From NCBI GenBank assembly GCA_965213675.1, contig OZ243916.1, positions 2,784,001 to 2,848,000 on the forward strand: a stretch of 64,000 nucleotides of DNA, given 5' to 3'. This document shows, in pieces, positions 10,600-25,365 of the stretch. The notes beneath the pieces are model-generated. The model was not told the DNA's origin and did not search any database. It was given only the letters and a program-made list of their open reading frames with translations. A program made the translations under genes and the position numbers. The number at the start of each line of letters is the position of its first letter. Positions within the stretch are counted from its first letter, which is position 1. The stretch comes from an uncultured Candidatus Binatia bacterium. Its GTDB lineage: Bacteria; Desulfobacterota; Binatia; UBA9968; JAJDTQ01.

Positions 10600-10627
10600 G
10601 CAAGGGCGACCGGCCGGTCGCCCTTGC
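10600..10627. repeat. Perfect 28-bp palindrome (REP-like GGGCGACC family)
   Basis: gcaagggcgaccgg|ccggtcgcccttgc. Confidence 0.85.
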
Positions 10628-10650
10628 CCCCGACTTGGGAGCGTAACCCA

Positions 10651-15054
<4,404 letters not shown>

Positions 15055-15161
15055 TCGAAGCAGGAGGCCTCCGTCAGGGGATCTGTCACGCAAGCTCTTG
15101 ACAAGGATGCTTCCCCTGGAGCGGCAGGATGAACGGCCGCCAGGAACAGCACGAAATGAAT

Positions 15162-15199
15162 AAAAAAAGGGGGCGGTGCATACACACCGCCCCCTTTTT
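15162..15199. terminator. Bidirectional intrinsic terminator between lhr and the KamA-like gene
   Basis: aaaaagggggcggtg-cataca-caccgcccccttttt, a perfect 15-bp inverted repeat with A/T tails on both sides. Confidence 0.88.
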
Positions 15200-15221
15200 G
15201 CTGGTCGCGTCCCGTCAGGGT

Positions 15222-16661
15222 CTAGTGCCTGGTGGTGGGCCACCTGCCCTGGACCATGGCGTTGAAGTCGTCGGTGTAGAAGAACTTCTCCTGGCCGAAC
15301 GCGGGGCGCAACTCGTCGTACCAAGTGGCCTCGGGATCGTAGGCGGCGAAGAAAGGGCGGCCCACCCAGTCGGGGCTGCGTCCCTGGAGGAAGCGCAGAA
15401 TGAATACCTTCTCGCCGGCGATCTCCTGCACGTCCTGGACCTCGACCTTGCCCGGGGTGGCGCTCATGCTCGGGCCGCGTACGGTGCGGGCCAGGCCGGA
15501 GACGTGCTTGTAGGCGTTCCGGAAGATGTCGACGCAGCGCTCCAGCGGCACCTCGAAGTAGTTGCGCGCGCCCGTGTCACGCTCCACGAACATGTAGTAG
15601 GGGATCATCCCCAGCCGCACTTCCTCCTCCCACATGCGCACCCACACGTCCGAGGAGTCGTTGATGTGGGCGAGCAGCGGCGCCTGGCAGCGGATCACCG
15701 CGCCGGCGTCGCGCAGGCGGCGGATGGCCTCCCGCACCACGGGGGTCTCAAGCTCCTGCCAGTGGTTGAAGTGGGCCATGATGGCGACGTGCTTGCCCGC
15801 CTTCACGATCTTCTCCAACAGGCGCAGCATGTCGTCGGCGTCGTCGTCGCCGACGAACCGGTGGGGCCAGAAGGTCAGGGACTTGGTACCGATGCGGATG
15901 TCCTGGATGTGGGCGAGCCGGGGGTCCTCCACGAACGCCTCCAGGTAGTGGGCGAATACCGCGGTCTTCATGATCATGGGATCGCCGCCGGTCACCAGGA
16001 GATCGCTCACGTCGGGATGCGCGGCCAGATAATCGTGCAGGCCGTCCGCTTCCTTGGCGACGATCTTGAGGTTGTTGTCGCCCACGAACTGCGCCCATCG
16101 GAAACAGAAGGTGCAGTAGGCATGGCACGTCTGCCCCTGGCTGGGGAAGAACAGCACGGTCTCGCGGTACTTGTGCTGCAAACCGTGAATGGTCTCGTTG
16201 CCGACCTGGGGAATGTTCAACTCCCGCTGCCCGGCGGGGTGCGGGTTGAGCTTTTCGCGGATCTCGTGGGCGCCCTCCTTGATGGCGCCCGCGGCAGCAT
16301 CGCGCCGCATGAGGTCGGCCATGCGCGAGAAGTCCACTGCCTCAAGCATGTCCTGCTGCGGAAAGGTCATCTGGAAGACGGGATCATCGGGCACGCGGTC
16401 CCAATCGATGAGGTTGTCGATCACGTACCGGTTGGAACGGAAGGGCAGCACGTTGGCCACCACCTTCATGGCGAACCGGTCGTCGGCGGGCAGTCGCTCC
16501 AGTTGCGGGATCTCGTCGAGATGCTTGGCGGACAGGGCCTTGTAGCGCTCGGAGGGAAAGATCGGCGCCGCATGGTCCAGACGTTCATCGTCCCCCTGGA
16601 GAGACATCATGCCCGGAGCGCGTTCAGTCTCGTTGCCGGTTTCTGGCTGCACCTTGCTCAT
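15222..16661 (-). CDS. KamA-family radical SAM aminomutase (lysine 2,3-aminomutase-like)
   Basis: HKYRETVL, CHAYCTFCFR (CxxxCxxC), TGGDP, IRIGTK, PYYMF, PGKV. Confidence 0.88.
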   Translation of the reverse strand: MSKVQPETGNETERAPGMMSLQGDDERLDHAAPIFPSERYKALSAKHLDEIPQLERLPADDRFAMKVVANVLPFRSNRYVIDNLIDWDRVPDDPVFQMTFPQQDMLEAVDFSRMADLMRRDAAAGAIKEGAHEIREKLNPHPAGQRELNIPQVGNETIHGLQHKYRETVLFFPSQGQTCHAYCTFCFRWAQFVGDNNLKIVAKEADGLHDYLAAHPDVSDLLVTGGDPMIMKTAVFAHYLEAFVEDPRLAHIQDIRIGTKSLTFWPHRFVGDDDADDMLRLLEKIVKAGKHVAIMAHFNHWQELETPVVREAIRRLRDAGAVIRCQAPLLAHINDSSDVWVRMWEEEVRLGMIPYYMFVERDTGARNYFEVPLERCVDIFRNAYKHVSGLARTVRGPSMSATPGKVEVQDVQEIAGEKVFILRFLQGRSPDWVGRPFFAAYDPEATWYDELRPAFGQEKFFYTDDFNAMVQGRWPTTRH

Positions 16662-16859
16662 GACTCACCTCCCAAGATTGATTGGCTCGTATGCTCGGCC
16701 ATCCGTTCGAATGGCCATTCACGCAAATATACCCCAAAGGATACCTCAAATGGAAAGTATTACCGACAGGAACTGCAACATAGGCGTTGGAAGGCCCTCT
16801 TTGCAAGAGCGCGACGGCCGCAAACTCTCACCCGGCCGGATTGGTTGCCTGGATCCGTT

Positions 16860-17030
16860 CGGCGGGCCGTGGGCGGTGATGAACGGGACCTCCGCATACT
16901 GAGGTCGGCCGCGACTTGCCCGACGTTGACGGCCTGGTGCCTCTCTCCGCGGTAGGCGATGCGGGAGCTTTTGTCCGGGATCGGCAGGGAAAGCATCCTG
17001 CCGTCAGGAAGAATCGGACCGGGATTCACC
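16860..17030 (-). pseudogene. Fragment resembling nucleotide modification-associated domain 3 (Nmad3)
   Basis: PILPDGRMLSLPIPDKSSRIAY...VNVGQVAADL matches my recollection of the Nmad3 N-terminus (SPILPDG.L.SLPIP); truncated at both ends. Confidence 0.5.
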
Positions 17031-17254
17031 AGATTCACGATAAAGAAGTCTGCATACGGTCACAAGAACCCGTGGCGGAATCCCCTTCGCCAATCTCATT
17101 GTACAACCGGGACAGGCCTCCGGCCAAGGGTCCTTCGGTCCCATAACGTCCCGACTTCATGGTCTTCATGCGGGAGTATGGTAAAGTTGGGGTGACGATG
17201 CAGGTGCTTGATAGATCGTTACGGGAACTCCCCGGCAGGTGAGGAGAATGCACC

Positions 17255-17803
17255 ATGCCGAGCCTGAAGAGAATTCAGATCAAGGGTTTTCGATCCATCA
17301 AAGAGGCGACGCTGGAACTCCGACCTCTCAATGTCTTGATCGGCGCCAATGGAGCAGGGAAGAGCAATCTCATCGCCTTCTTCAAGTTGCTGAACGAACT
17401 GACGGCCGGACGGCTTCAGCAACATATCGGAACCACCGGACACGCCACAGCCAATCTCCACTTCGGCCCGAGAATGACGCCTCAACTGGAAGCGGAAATG
17501 GAGTTCGAGGTTGAGAACGGGACGGACACCTACCGCATCAGATTGTTTCACGCCGCTGGAGACTCTCTGATCTTTGCTGACGAGCAACTCCGCTTCCATC
17601 AGAAACAGACGTTCGCAGATACCGTCTTGAAGCCCCATCTGGCGAGTTTCTGCGTCTACATGCAAAAGCCGGTGTTGATAGCGCACGGCCGAAAGAAGGG
17701 AAGGATTCACCGGGGAGGAGGAAGAAATTTCACGGCGATGCAGAACGACATCACCCGCCGTCTCAAGGAGGATTCGGGGAAGGACGTGTTCTTCACCACC
17801 ATG
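17255..17803 (+). pseudogene. In-frame deletion fusion of an AAA_15/AAA_21 ATPase N-terminus and a DUF4276-like N-terminal fragment
   Basis: IKGFRSI...LNVLIGANGAGKSN (Walker A, no Walker B). At ~17603 it switches to QTFADTVLKPHL...HRGGGRNF..M.NDI...VFFTTM. Confidence 0.7.
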
Positions 17804-17932
17804 CTAGTCCTTCTTTTTTGGTGGAGGTGGCGGGGGAAGAGGCGGTTTCCTGCTGGCCGTGGGTTTGGGAGAGACTCCGTCTCGTACGTTCGTCACACGC
17901 CTTGACGGCGGAGGGTTTGGTTCCTTAGCCAT
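17804..17932 (-). CDS. 42-aa Pro/Lys-rich peptide MAKEPNPPPSRRVTNVRDGVSPKPTASRKPPLPPPPPPKKKD
   Basis: Open ATG-to-TAG frame; GGAGGAG RBS overlapping the end of the DUF6338-like gene; below the ORF track length cutoff. Confidence 0.6.
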   Translation of the reverse strand: MAKEPNPPPSRRVTNVRDGVSPKPTASRKPPLPPPPPPKKKD

Positions 17933-17935
17933 GAT

Positions 17936-18385
17936 TCACTCCTCCGGTTCTTCGTGGGTCTCGCTCAAAAACTCGACCATTTCGACTTGGTCGACGGGGA
18001 TCAAAATTGTTGAAACCCCCGTCGCAGGTATTCCATTTTCGCCATCAACCAGCCATTCAGCTTCCGCGATTCGGAAGTGGCCTTCGTCGGGACGACTTGG
18101 CCATTCTTCAGGCCAGCCGAAAGGCGACGCTCTCCTTTAAGGTGTCGGGTAACATAGCAGTCGCTATGGCGCGAGAAGGCGGAGTACCACTCTGACGCGT
18201 AGGAGGTTTCTCTGGTTACACCAAGCCGACGAAGAAGGCGATGCAGCGTGTCCCAATTGAGGAAGTAGGCGGTCAGCAGTCCGAGGACCACAGCGACTAC
18301 GACAGAAAGCACGAGTCCCCACTCCTTGCGCCAAGGGTCATTGGCTACAATCTTCGCGAAGAAGAGGATCCCATCCGTGATTGTT
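17936..18385 (-). pseudogene. DUF6338-like membrane protein, 5'-truncated and frameshifted near 18120
   Basis: TM segment, then SEWYSAF...HLKGERRL / (shift) FGWPEEWPSRPDEGHF...ILIPVDQVEMVEFL. Confidence 0.65.
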
Positions 18386-18619
18386 TCACCTCCGCCATAC
18401 TTCTTTTGGCAACCGCGGCTGTTTCGCAGCCTTGCCATGGATGCCGTCTTACAAGTGTCCGGGTTTCCTCGAACCTCTGCAAGTGAGCAATAACGGCGCC
18501 ACTTGCCCCTCTCCCAACCCCGTGCCGTCCGTGCTAGATTTTCCGGCATGGCGACTCTGATCACGGGCAGCGGGCTCATCGGAGCTTCGTTCGGCCAGTG
18601 TGCGCCGGAAGGGGAGGAA

Positions 18620-20071
18620 ATGATGGGTTCAGGAGGGACCACGGAATCCGCGGCGGTTCGCGCCAGGCTCGACCATCCGGTGGTCGACACGGACGGTCAC
18701 ACCGTCGAGCTGACCCCGCTCTATCTCGATTACCTGAAGGAACTGGGCGGCTCCGACATGCCCCGGCGCTACAGCGAGGCCATGCGCGCCCGTTCCAACA
18801 GCCGTTGGTCCTCCATGACCGAGGCGGAACGGCGCAGCGTGCGGGCCCATTGCCCGCCCTGGTGGGCGCGTCCGGCCCGCAACACGCTGGACCGGGCCAC
18901 GGCGTCGTTGCCGCGGCTGCTGCACGAGCGAATGGACCGGCTCGGCATCGACTTCGCCGTGCTGTATCCCACCGAGGGTCTGGCGGGGCCGCCTCGGTTC
19001 GAGGACGAGGAGCTCCGGCGGGTATCCTGCCGGGCGCTCAACAAGTTCCACGCGGAATTCTACGGCGAGTGCAGCGACCGGATGACCCCGGCCGCGGTGA
19101 TACCGACCCACACGCCGGAAGAGGCCATGGAGGACACCGAGTACGCCGTCAGGGAACTGGGGCTCAAGACCATCGTCATCTCCCACGTGGATCGTGCCGT
19201 CCCGCGCGTCTCGGAAGAACGGCCGGACCTGGCGCCTTATGCCCGCTACATCGATACGCTGGCCCTGGACAGCGACCACGACTACGATCCGTTCTGGCAG
19301 CGGTGCCTGGAGCTTGGGGTGGCCCCCACCTCGCACGCCAGCGGCCAGGGCTGGGGCAGCCGCCGCTCTGTGTCCAACTACATGTACAACCACATCGGCC
19401 ACTTCGCCGCGGCTGGCGAGGCCATGTGCAAGGCTTTGTTTTTTGGCGGGGTTACGTATCGTTTCCCGAGTCTTAACTTTGCATTTCTCGAGTGCGGCGT
19501 AGCCTGGGCCTGCAGCCTCTACAGCGACATCCTGGAGCACTGGGAGAAGCGCAACCGCGAGGCCATCGCCGAGCTGGACCCGGAGAGTACCGACCTCGAC
19601 CACATGATGAAGCTGGTGGCGGAGTACGGTGGCATCGACGGCGGCGACAAGCTGGAGGAGATCCGCGCTTCACTCGGCCGCAAGCAACGCCGTCCCGAGA
19701 ACCTCGACGACTGGTCCCGCTGCGGCATCGACAAGGCCGAGGACATCCGCGACCGCTTCGTGCCGCGCTTCTATTTCGGCTGCGAGGCCGACGACCGCAT
19801 GATCGCGTGGGCTTTCAACGACAAGCTCAATCCCTTCGGGGCCCGGCTCGGCGCCATGATGAGCTCCGACATCGGCCACTGGGACGTCACCGACATGACC
19901 GGGGTGGTGGCCGAGGCCCACGAGCTGGTGGACCGGGGCCACATCACCGACGAGGACTTCCGGGATTTCAGCTTCACCAACGCGGTGCGCTTCTATGCCG
20001 GCGTGAACCCGGATTTCTTCGCGGGCACCGCGTGCGAGGAGGCGGCCACCCGGGTGATGGCGGCCGGTTAG
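18620..20071 (+). CDS. Amidohydrolase_2 family metal-dependent hydrolase/decarboxylase
   Basis: HPVVDTDGH, LYPT, YDPFW, FAFLECGVAW, SSDIGHWD; RBS ggggagg before ATG. Confidence 0.85.
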   Translation: MMGSGGTTESAAVRARLDHPVVDTDGHTVELTPLYLDYLKELGGSDMPRRYSEAMRARSNSRWSSMTEAERRSVRAHCPPWWARPARNTLDRATASLPRLLHERMDRLGIDFAVLYPTEGLAGPPRFEDEELRRVSCRALNKFHAEFYGECSDRMTPAAVIPTHTPEEAMEDTEYAVRELGLKTIVISHVDRAVPRVSEERPDLAPYARYIDTLALDSDHDYDPFWQRCLELGVAPTSHASGQGWGSRRSVSNYMYNHIGHFAAAGEAMCKALFFGGVTYRFPSLNFAFLECGVAWACSLYSDILEHWEKRNREAIAELDPESTDLDHMMKLVAEYGGIDGGDKLEEIRASLGRKQRRPENLDDWSRCGIDKAEDIRDRFVPRFYFGCEADDRMIAWAFNDKLNPFGARLGAMMSSDIGHWDVTDMTGVVAEAHELVDRGHITDEDFRDFSFTNAVRFYAGVNPDFFAGTACEEAATRVMAAG

Positions 20072-20159
20072 CTCCGGGCCGAAATGCAGGCCGTTTGGCG
20101 ACAACCGATGCAAGCAGGGGAGAGGAACTCATGAAGGACGGCGCCCTGTGAGACCCACT

Positions 20160-20221
20160 TTCATTCCCGGCTGCATCGGCTGAAAGCCGACATGGAAGAT
20201 TCCCGATTTCGCGGGAGGACG
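20160..20221. repeat. Degenerate GTCATTCCCGC-family REP pair
   Basis: ttcattcccg...gattcccgatttcgcgggaggacg. Confidence 0.45.
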
Positions 20222-20314
20222 CCGTCCGAACCTCCGACTTCCGTACGAATCGGCAGCCCGGACAGTCCGGGTCTACGCTGGACACCCGATCCACGGAACG
20301 ATAAAGTCGGCTGC

Positions 20315-21226
20315 ATGACGACGCGTGGAGGTCCCGGCCACCTGGACGCCCTCGAGGCCGAAGCGATTCACATCATGCGCGAGGCGGTTGCCGCGTTCTC
20401 GAAGCCGGTGATGCTCTATTCCATCGGCAAGGACAGTTCCGTACTCGTGCGGCTGGCGCAGAAGGCCTTTCGTCCGGCGCCGCCGCCCTTCCCGTTGCTG
20501 CACGTGGACACGACGTGGAAATTTCCGGAAATGTACGCCTTCCGCGAACGCACCGCGCGCGAAACCGGCATGGAGCTCATCGTCCACATCAACCAGGAAG
20601 GTGTGGCGCGGGGCATCAATCCCTTCACCCACGGGTCGGCGGTCCACACCGACGTCATGAAGACCCAGGCGCTCAAGCAGGCGCTGGACCAGCATGGCTT
20701 CGACGCGGCGCTGGCCGGGGCGCGGCGGGACGAAGAGATGTCCCGCGCCAAGGAACGGGTGTTCTCGCTGCGTTCGCAGTCCCATCGGTGGGACCCCAGA
20801 AACCAGCGGCCCGAATTGTGGCGGCTGTACAACACGCACCTGCGGCCCGGCGAGTCCATGCGCGTGTTTCCGCTCTCCAACTGGACCGAGCTGGACGTGT
20901 GGCGCTACATCGAGCAGGAGAATATCCCCGTGGTGCCGCTTTATTTTGCGGCCCCGCGGCCGATGGTGCGCCGCTCGGGGACGCTCATCATGGCGGCGGA
21001 CCAGCGCATGATGCTCGAGCCCGGCGAAAAGCCGGAGATCCGGCGGGTGCGTTTCCGCACCCTGGGATGCTACCCGCTGTCCGGCGCCATCGAATCCGAT
21101 GCCGACAGCGTGCCGGCCATCATCCAGGAGATGCTCGCGGCCACCCATTCCGAGCGCCAGGGACGCGTCATCGACCACGACGGCCAAGGCTCCATGGAGC
21201 GCAAGAAGCAGGAAGGCTACTTCTGA
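20315..21226 (+). CDS. cysD: Sulfate adenylyltransferase subunit 2
   Basis: [41 protein letters not shown]. Confidence 0.97.
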   Translation: MTTRGGPGHLDALEAEAIHIMREAVAAFSKPVMLYSIGKDSSVLVRLAQKAFRPAPPPFPLLHVDTTWKFPEMYAFRERTARETGMELIVHINQEGVARGINPFTHGSAVHTDVMKTQALKQALDQHGFDAALAGARRDEEMSRAKERVFSLRSQSHRWDPRNQRPELWRLYNTHLRPGESMRVFPLSNWTELDVWRYIEQENIPVVPLYFAAPRPMVRRSGTLIMAADQRMMLEPGEKPEIRRVRFRTLGCYPLSGAIESDADSVPAIIQEMLAATHSERQGRVIDHDGQGSMERKKQEGYF

Positions 21227-23130
21227 TGGACGCCGCACCGGGACAGGACGAGAAAGCGTACCGGGCCTACGCCCATGCCGGCGCAGACCGGGACACCCTG
21301 CGCTTCATCACCTGCGGCAGCGTGGACGACGGCAAGTCCACGCTCATCGGCCGGCTCCTCTACGAATCCCGCCTGGTCTTCCAGGACCAGCTCGCCCGCC
21401 TGGAAGCCGACAGCAGGCGGCACGGCACCCAAGGCGACAACCTCGATATGGCGCTCCTGGTGGACGGCCTTCAGGCCGAAAGGGAACAGGGCATCACCAT
21501 CGACGTCGCCTACCGCATGTTCTCCACCGACCGGCGCGCCTTCATCGTCTCCGACACACCCGGGCACGAGCAGTACACCCGCAACATGGCCACTGGCGCC
21601 TCCAACGCCGACCTGGCGGTGGTGCTGGTCGACGCCCGCAAGGGGGTCCTGCCCCAGACCTGCCGGCACACCACCATCCTCGCGCTGCTGGGGATACGGC
21701 ACGTGATCGTGGCCATCAACAAGATGGACCTGGTGGACTGGCGCCGGGACGTCTTCAACGACATCGTCGAGGCGTACGGCGATTTCGCCCAGCGTCTCGA
21801 CCTCACCGGCATCACCTGCATTCCGCTGTCGGCCCTCACCGGCGACAACGTCACCCGGCCATCCGCCGCCATGGACTGGTACGACGGGCCGACGCTGCTC
21901 CGGGCGCTGGAGGAGGCCGACGTTTCCGCTGGGGGGGCGGCGCCCTTCCGCATGCCGGTGCAGTGGGTGAACCGGCCCCACGCCGGGTTCCGCGGGTTCG
22001 CTGGTACCATCGTCTCCGGCCTCGTGCATCCGGGCGACCCCGTGCGGGCGTGTCCCTCGAACAGGACCTCCACGGTGCAGCGCATCGTCGGACCCGCCGG
22101 CGACCTCCATCAGGCCGGGGCCGGCCAGGCCGTGACCCTCACCCTCGCCGACGAAATCGACGTGAGCCGCGGCGACATCCTCGCCTCCGCCGCGGAGCCG
22201 CCGAGCCTGAGCGATCAGTTCGCCTGTCACATCGTGTGGATGCACGAGAACCCGCTGCTGCCCGAACGCCCCTACCTGCTGAAGATCGGCGCGCGCCTGA
22301 CCGGGGCGCAGATCACCGCCATCAAGTACAAGCTCAACGTCAACAACCTGGAGCACAGCGCCGCCAGAACGCTCGAACTCAACGACATCGCCTGCTGCAA
22401 CATCGGCCTCGACCGGCAGATCGCCTTCGACCCCTATCGAGAGATACGGGAGACCGGCGGCTTCATCCTCATCGACCGTTACACCCATGACACGGTGGGC
22501 GCGGGCATGATCGATTTCGGCCTGTGGCGCGGTTCCAACCTGACGCTCCACCCGCTCGCCATCGACAAGCCGGCGCGGGCGGCGCAGAAGAACCAGAAGG
22601 CCTGCGTGCTGTGGCTCACCGGCCTGTCCGGCGCCGGCAAGTCGGTCACCGCCAACGCCGTGGAGCGGCGCCTCCACGCTCTCGGCCGCCACAGCTACAC
22701 CCTCGACGGCGACAACCTGCGCCACGGCCTCACCCGGGACCTGGGCTTCGCCGCCGCCGACCGGGTGGAGAACGTGCGCCGCATCGCCGAGGTCGCGCGG
22801 CTGTTCGTGGACGCCGGGCTTATCGTCCTGGTCTCGGTCATTTCGCCCTTCCGCGCCGAGCGCCGCATGGCGCGGGAGATGATGGAGGAGGCGGAGTTCA
22901 TCGAGATTTTCGTCGACTGCCCCATGGAGGTGTGCGAACAGCGCGACCCCAAGGGCCTCTACCGCAAGGCCCGCGCCGGCGAGATTCGGAACTTCACCGG
23001 CGTCGACAGCGCCTACGAGCCGCCGGAGAACCCGGAGCTGGTGCTGCGCACCGCCGAACGGAGCATCGACGAGGCCGCCGATGAGGTCATGCGCTACCTC
23101 CAATCCAGGGAAGGCCCGGAGTCGCATTGA
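21226..23130 (+). CDS. cysNC: Bifunctional sulfate adenylyltransferase subunit 1 / APS kinase (CysNC/NodQ)
   Basis: [27 protein letters not shown]; C-terminal [25 protein letters not shown] overlap with cysD. Confidence 0.96.
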   Translation: MDAAPGQDEKAYRAYAHAGADRDTLRFITCGSVDDGKSTLIGRLLYESRLVFQDQLARLEADSRRHGTQGDNLDMALLVDGLQAEREQGITIDVAYRMFSTDRRAFIVSDTPGHEQYTRNMATGASNADLAVVLVDARKGVLPQTCRHTTILALLGIRHVIVAINKMDLVDWRRDVFNDIVEAYGDFAQRLDLTGITCIPLSALTGDNVTRPSAAMDWYDGPTLLRALEEADVSAGGAAPFRMPVQWVNRPHAGFRGFAGTIVSGLVHPGDPVRACPSNRTSTVQRIVGPAGDLHQAGAGQAVTLTLADEIDVSRGDILASAAEPPSLSDQFACHIVWMHENPLLPERPYLLKIGARLTGAQITAIKYKLNVNNLEHSAARTLELNDIACCNIGLDRQIAFDPYREIRETGGFILIDRYTHDTVGAGMIDFGLWRGSNLTLHPLAIDKPARAAQKNQKACVLWLTGLSGAGKSVTANAVERRLHALGRHSYTLDGDNLRHGLTRDLGFAAADRVENVRRIAEVARLFVDAGLIVLVSVISPFRAERRMAREMMEEAEFIEIFVDCPMEVCEQRDPKGLYRKARAGEIRNFTGVDSAYEPPENPELVLRTAERSIDEAADEVMRYLQSREGPESH

Positions 23131-23146
23131 ACAAAGACGAACAGCC

Positions 23147-24322
23147 ATGAGCATGACGATTCCCCCCGTGTATGAGGCGGGCTACGAACGAGCGCGGAAG
23201 CTCAATCCCGAACTGGCTGCCCGCTACATCGCCTACACCACCCAGACCGATCCGGCCGCCGACGCCGTCATCGAATCGCTGGCTTCCTGCGACCATGGAC
23301 AATTGCACGAGTTCATCAAGGCCGGCATGGATCGCGACGAAGAGATCCTCGATCGCGCGCCGGCGCGGTTGCGCGAGTTCTTTGACGACATCGAGCCCGT
23401 GCCGGAATGGTTCGACCCGGCGGTGGTGGTTCCCGGCTGCACCGCCTTTCACCGCTACTCCGATCTCTTCATACCGGCGTTCTTCGTCTCCACACTGCAA
23501 AACGCCTCCACCCTCATCGCCAAGGCGTTCCACGCCAGCGGCCGGGTGATGAGCGGTTCCGGCCCGCGCCGCATCCGGCAGAACACCCGGCATTTCATCG
23601 AGATCATGCTACCGGGGGCCATGGAGCGGCACGGCGACGGCTGGAAGCTTTCGGTCCGCATCCGGCTGGTGCACGCGCAGCTCCGGCGGCTGATCCGCGT
23701 CGAGGGCAACTGGGACGAATCGGTCTTCGGCGTGCCCTTGAGCCAGGCGCACATGGCGCTGGCGTCGGCCAACTTCTCAGCCACCATGCTGCAGCACGCC
23801 CGAAGCCTCGGGGCCGTGATGGACGACGAAGTCCGCAACGGCTTCATGCAGATCTGGCGCTACGCTTCATGGCTCATCGGCACGCCGCCGGAGCTTCTGT
23901 TCGAGGGCGACGAGCCCAAGACCAACGAGCTGTCCCGCATCGCGCACCTGTGCGAGCCGCCGCCGGGCGAGGAGTCCCGCGTCATCGCCAGTGCGCTGAT
24001 TCAGGCCCTGCCCATCATCGCCGGCAAGACCGCTGCGGACGACGCACGGACGATGGTGGAACATGCCTACCGGGTCTCGCGCGCGCTCCTGGGCCACGAG
24101 CTTGCCGACAAGCTCGCGTTCCCAAGCCAAACCACTGCCGGGCTGCTCCCCTGGATGCGCTTGCAGCGACGCGCCCACGGACTCTCGCACACGCTGGCGC
24201 CGCGGGTGGCCGACAAGTGGCGCGGCAACAACCTCGCCTTCCTGCTGGAGGCATCGATGCTCGACGACCTGAGCTACCGCATACCGGATCACCTGAAAAC
24301 GGAGCATACGACACCGTGGTGA
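23147..24322 (+). CDS. DUF2236 / MpaB-Lcp family haem-dependent oxygenase-like protein
   Basis: DPAADAVI, P.WFD, VRIRLVHAQLR (likely haem-ligand His), PLSQAHM, WRYASWLIG. Confidence 0.8.
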   Translation: MSMTIPPVYEAGYERARKLNPELAARYIAYTTQTDPAADAVIESLASCDHGQLHEFIKAGMDRDEEILDRAPARLREFFDDIEPVPEWFDPAVVVPGCTAFHRYSDLFIPAFFVSTLQNASTLIAKAFHASGRVMSGSGPRRIRQNTRHFIEIMLPGAMERHGDGWKLSVRIRLVHAQLRRLIRVEGNWDESVFGVPLSQAHMALASANFSATMLQHARSLGAVMDDEVRNGFMQIWRYASWLIGTPPELLFEGDEPKTNELSRIAHLCEPPPGEESRVIASALIQALPIIAGKTAADDARTMVEHAYRVSRALLGHELADKLAFPSQTTAGLLPWMRLQRRAHGLSHTLAPRVADKWRGNNLAFLLEASMLDDLSYRIPDHLKTEHTTPW

Positions 24323-25365
24323 ACGGCCCGTCCGCGGTCACCATTCCGCCCGTCTTCGTCTTGGGCACGGGCCGGTGCGGCTCCACCATGGTGTCGGATC
24401 TGCTGAACCGGCACCCGCGGGTGCTGAGCCTGTCGGAGTTCATCAGCTACATTGGCGTGCGCTCCTTCGCCCGGCACCGTCCCGACGGGGAGTGGATGTG
24501 GGACCGCTTCAGCGTGCAGAAGCACCGGACGCGGCTCATGTTGCGGGGACGCTACGACGAGCTGCTGTACCCGCTTGACGACCCCGGAGCGCGTTATTCC
24601 GAGCACGACGTGCCGCCGATTCTCTGCGCCACCCTGCCGCACCTGACCGGCCAATACGAGGAGTTGTTCGACGAACTCGGGCCGGTGGTGCGGGCACAGC
24701 CGCGGCAGCCGCCGCGGGAACATATGCGCTCTCTTTTCCATTGGCTGTGCCGGCGGTTCGGCTGCTCCACGTGGGTGGAACGCTCGGGCGCGTCGCTCCT
24801 GTACGCCGCGCGGCTCTTGCGGGAGTTTCCCGAGGCGCGGATGATCCACGTCTACCGCGACGGGCGCGAAACCGCCCTGTCCATGAGCCGCCACTACCTC
24901 TTTCGCCTGGTCGCCGCCCACATGCTGGCCATGCGCTCCTACGGGTTCGACGCCATCAACTCCCTGGCGCGGGGCGGTCTGTGGGAGAGGCTGAGCTTCC
25001 GGTTGGAACCGTTGGCGCGTTGGTTGCTGGACCCCAGGAGGCTTCCGTATGAGCAACTGTCGCTTCCGTATTTCGGCAGGTTCTGGAGCGCCATGGTGGA
25101 GCGGGGCGAGCGCATGCTCGATCGGTTGCCCCCGGAAAAGGTTCTGCACCTGAGGTTCGAGGACATGCAGGCCAACCCCGACCAGGAGAACCGCCGGCTG
25201 ATCCGGTTCATCGATCCGTCTCTCGAAGACGAGTCATGGCTGCGGGAGGTGTCCGGCATCCCGCGGCCAACGCCATCCCGGTTCGCGCAGCTGAACCCCG
25301 CCGAACAGGCGGCGCTCAACGAGACGTGCCGCCCGGGGCTTGAGTGCCTCGGTTATCCAGTGTGA
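24319..25365 (+). CDS. PAPS-dependent sulfotransferase (Sulfotransfer_3-like)
   Basis: FVLGTGRCGSTM (5'-PSB loop), IHVYRDGRETALS (3'-PB), LRFED; GTGA overlap with the upstream stop. Confidence 0.88.
   Translation: MNGPSAVTIPPVFVLGTGRCGSTMVSDLLNRHPRVLSLSEFISYIGVRSFARHRPDGEWMWDRFSVQKHRTRLMLRGRYDELLYPLDDPGARYSEHDVPPILCATLPHLTGQYEELFDELGPVVRAQPRQPPREHMRSLFHWLCRRFGCSTWVERSGASLLYAARLLREFPEARMIHVYRDGRETALSMSRHYLFRLVAAHMLAMRSYGFDAINSLARGGLWERLSFRLEPLARWLLDPRRLPYEQLSLPYFGRFWSAMVERGERMLDRLPPEKVLHLRFEDMQANPDQENRRLIRFIDPSLEDESWLREVSGIPRPTPSRFAQLNPAEQAALNETCRPGLECLGYPV

Noticed and set aside
15222-16661. EF-P modification enzyme EpmB
   Set aside because: It is longer than typical EpmB and has no efp or epmA neighbour; kept as a generic KamA-family protein.
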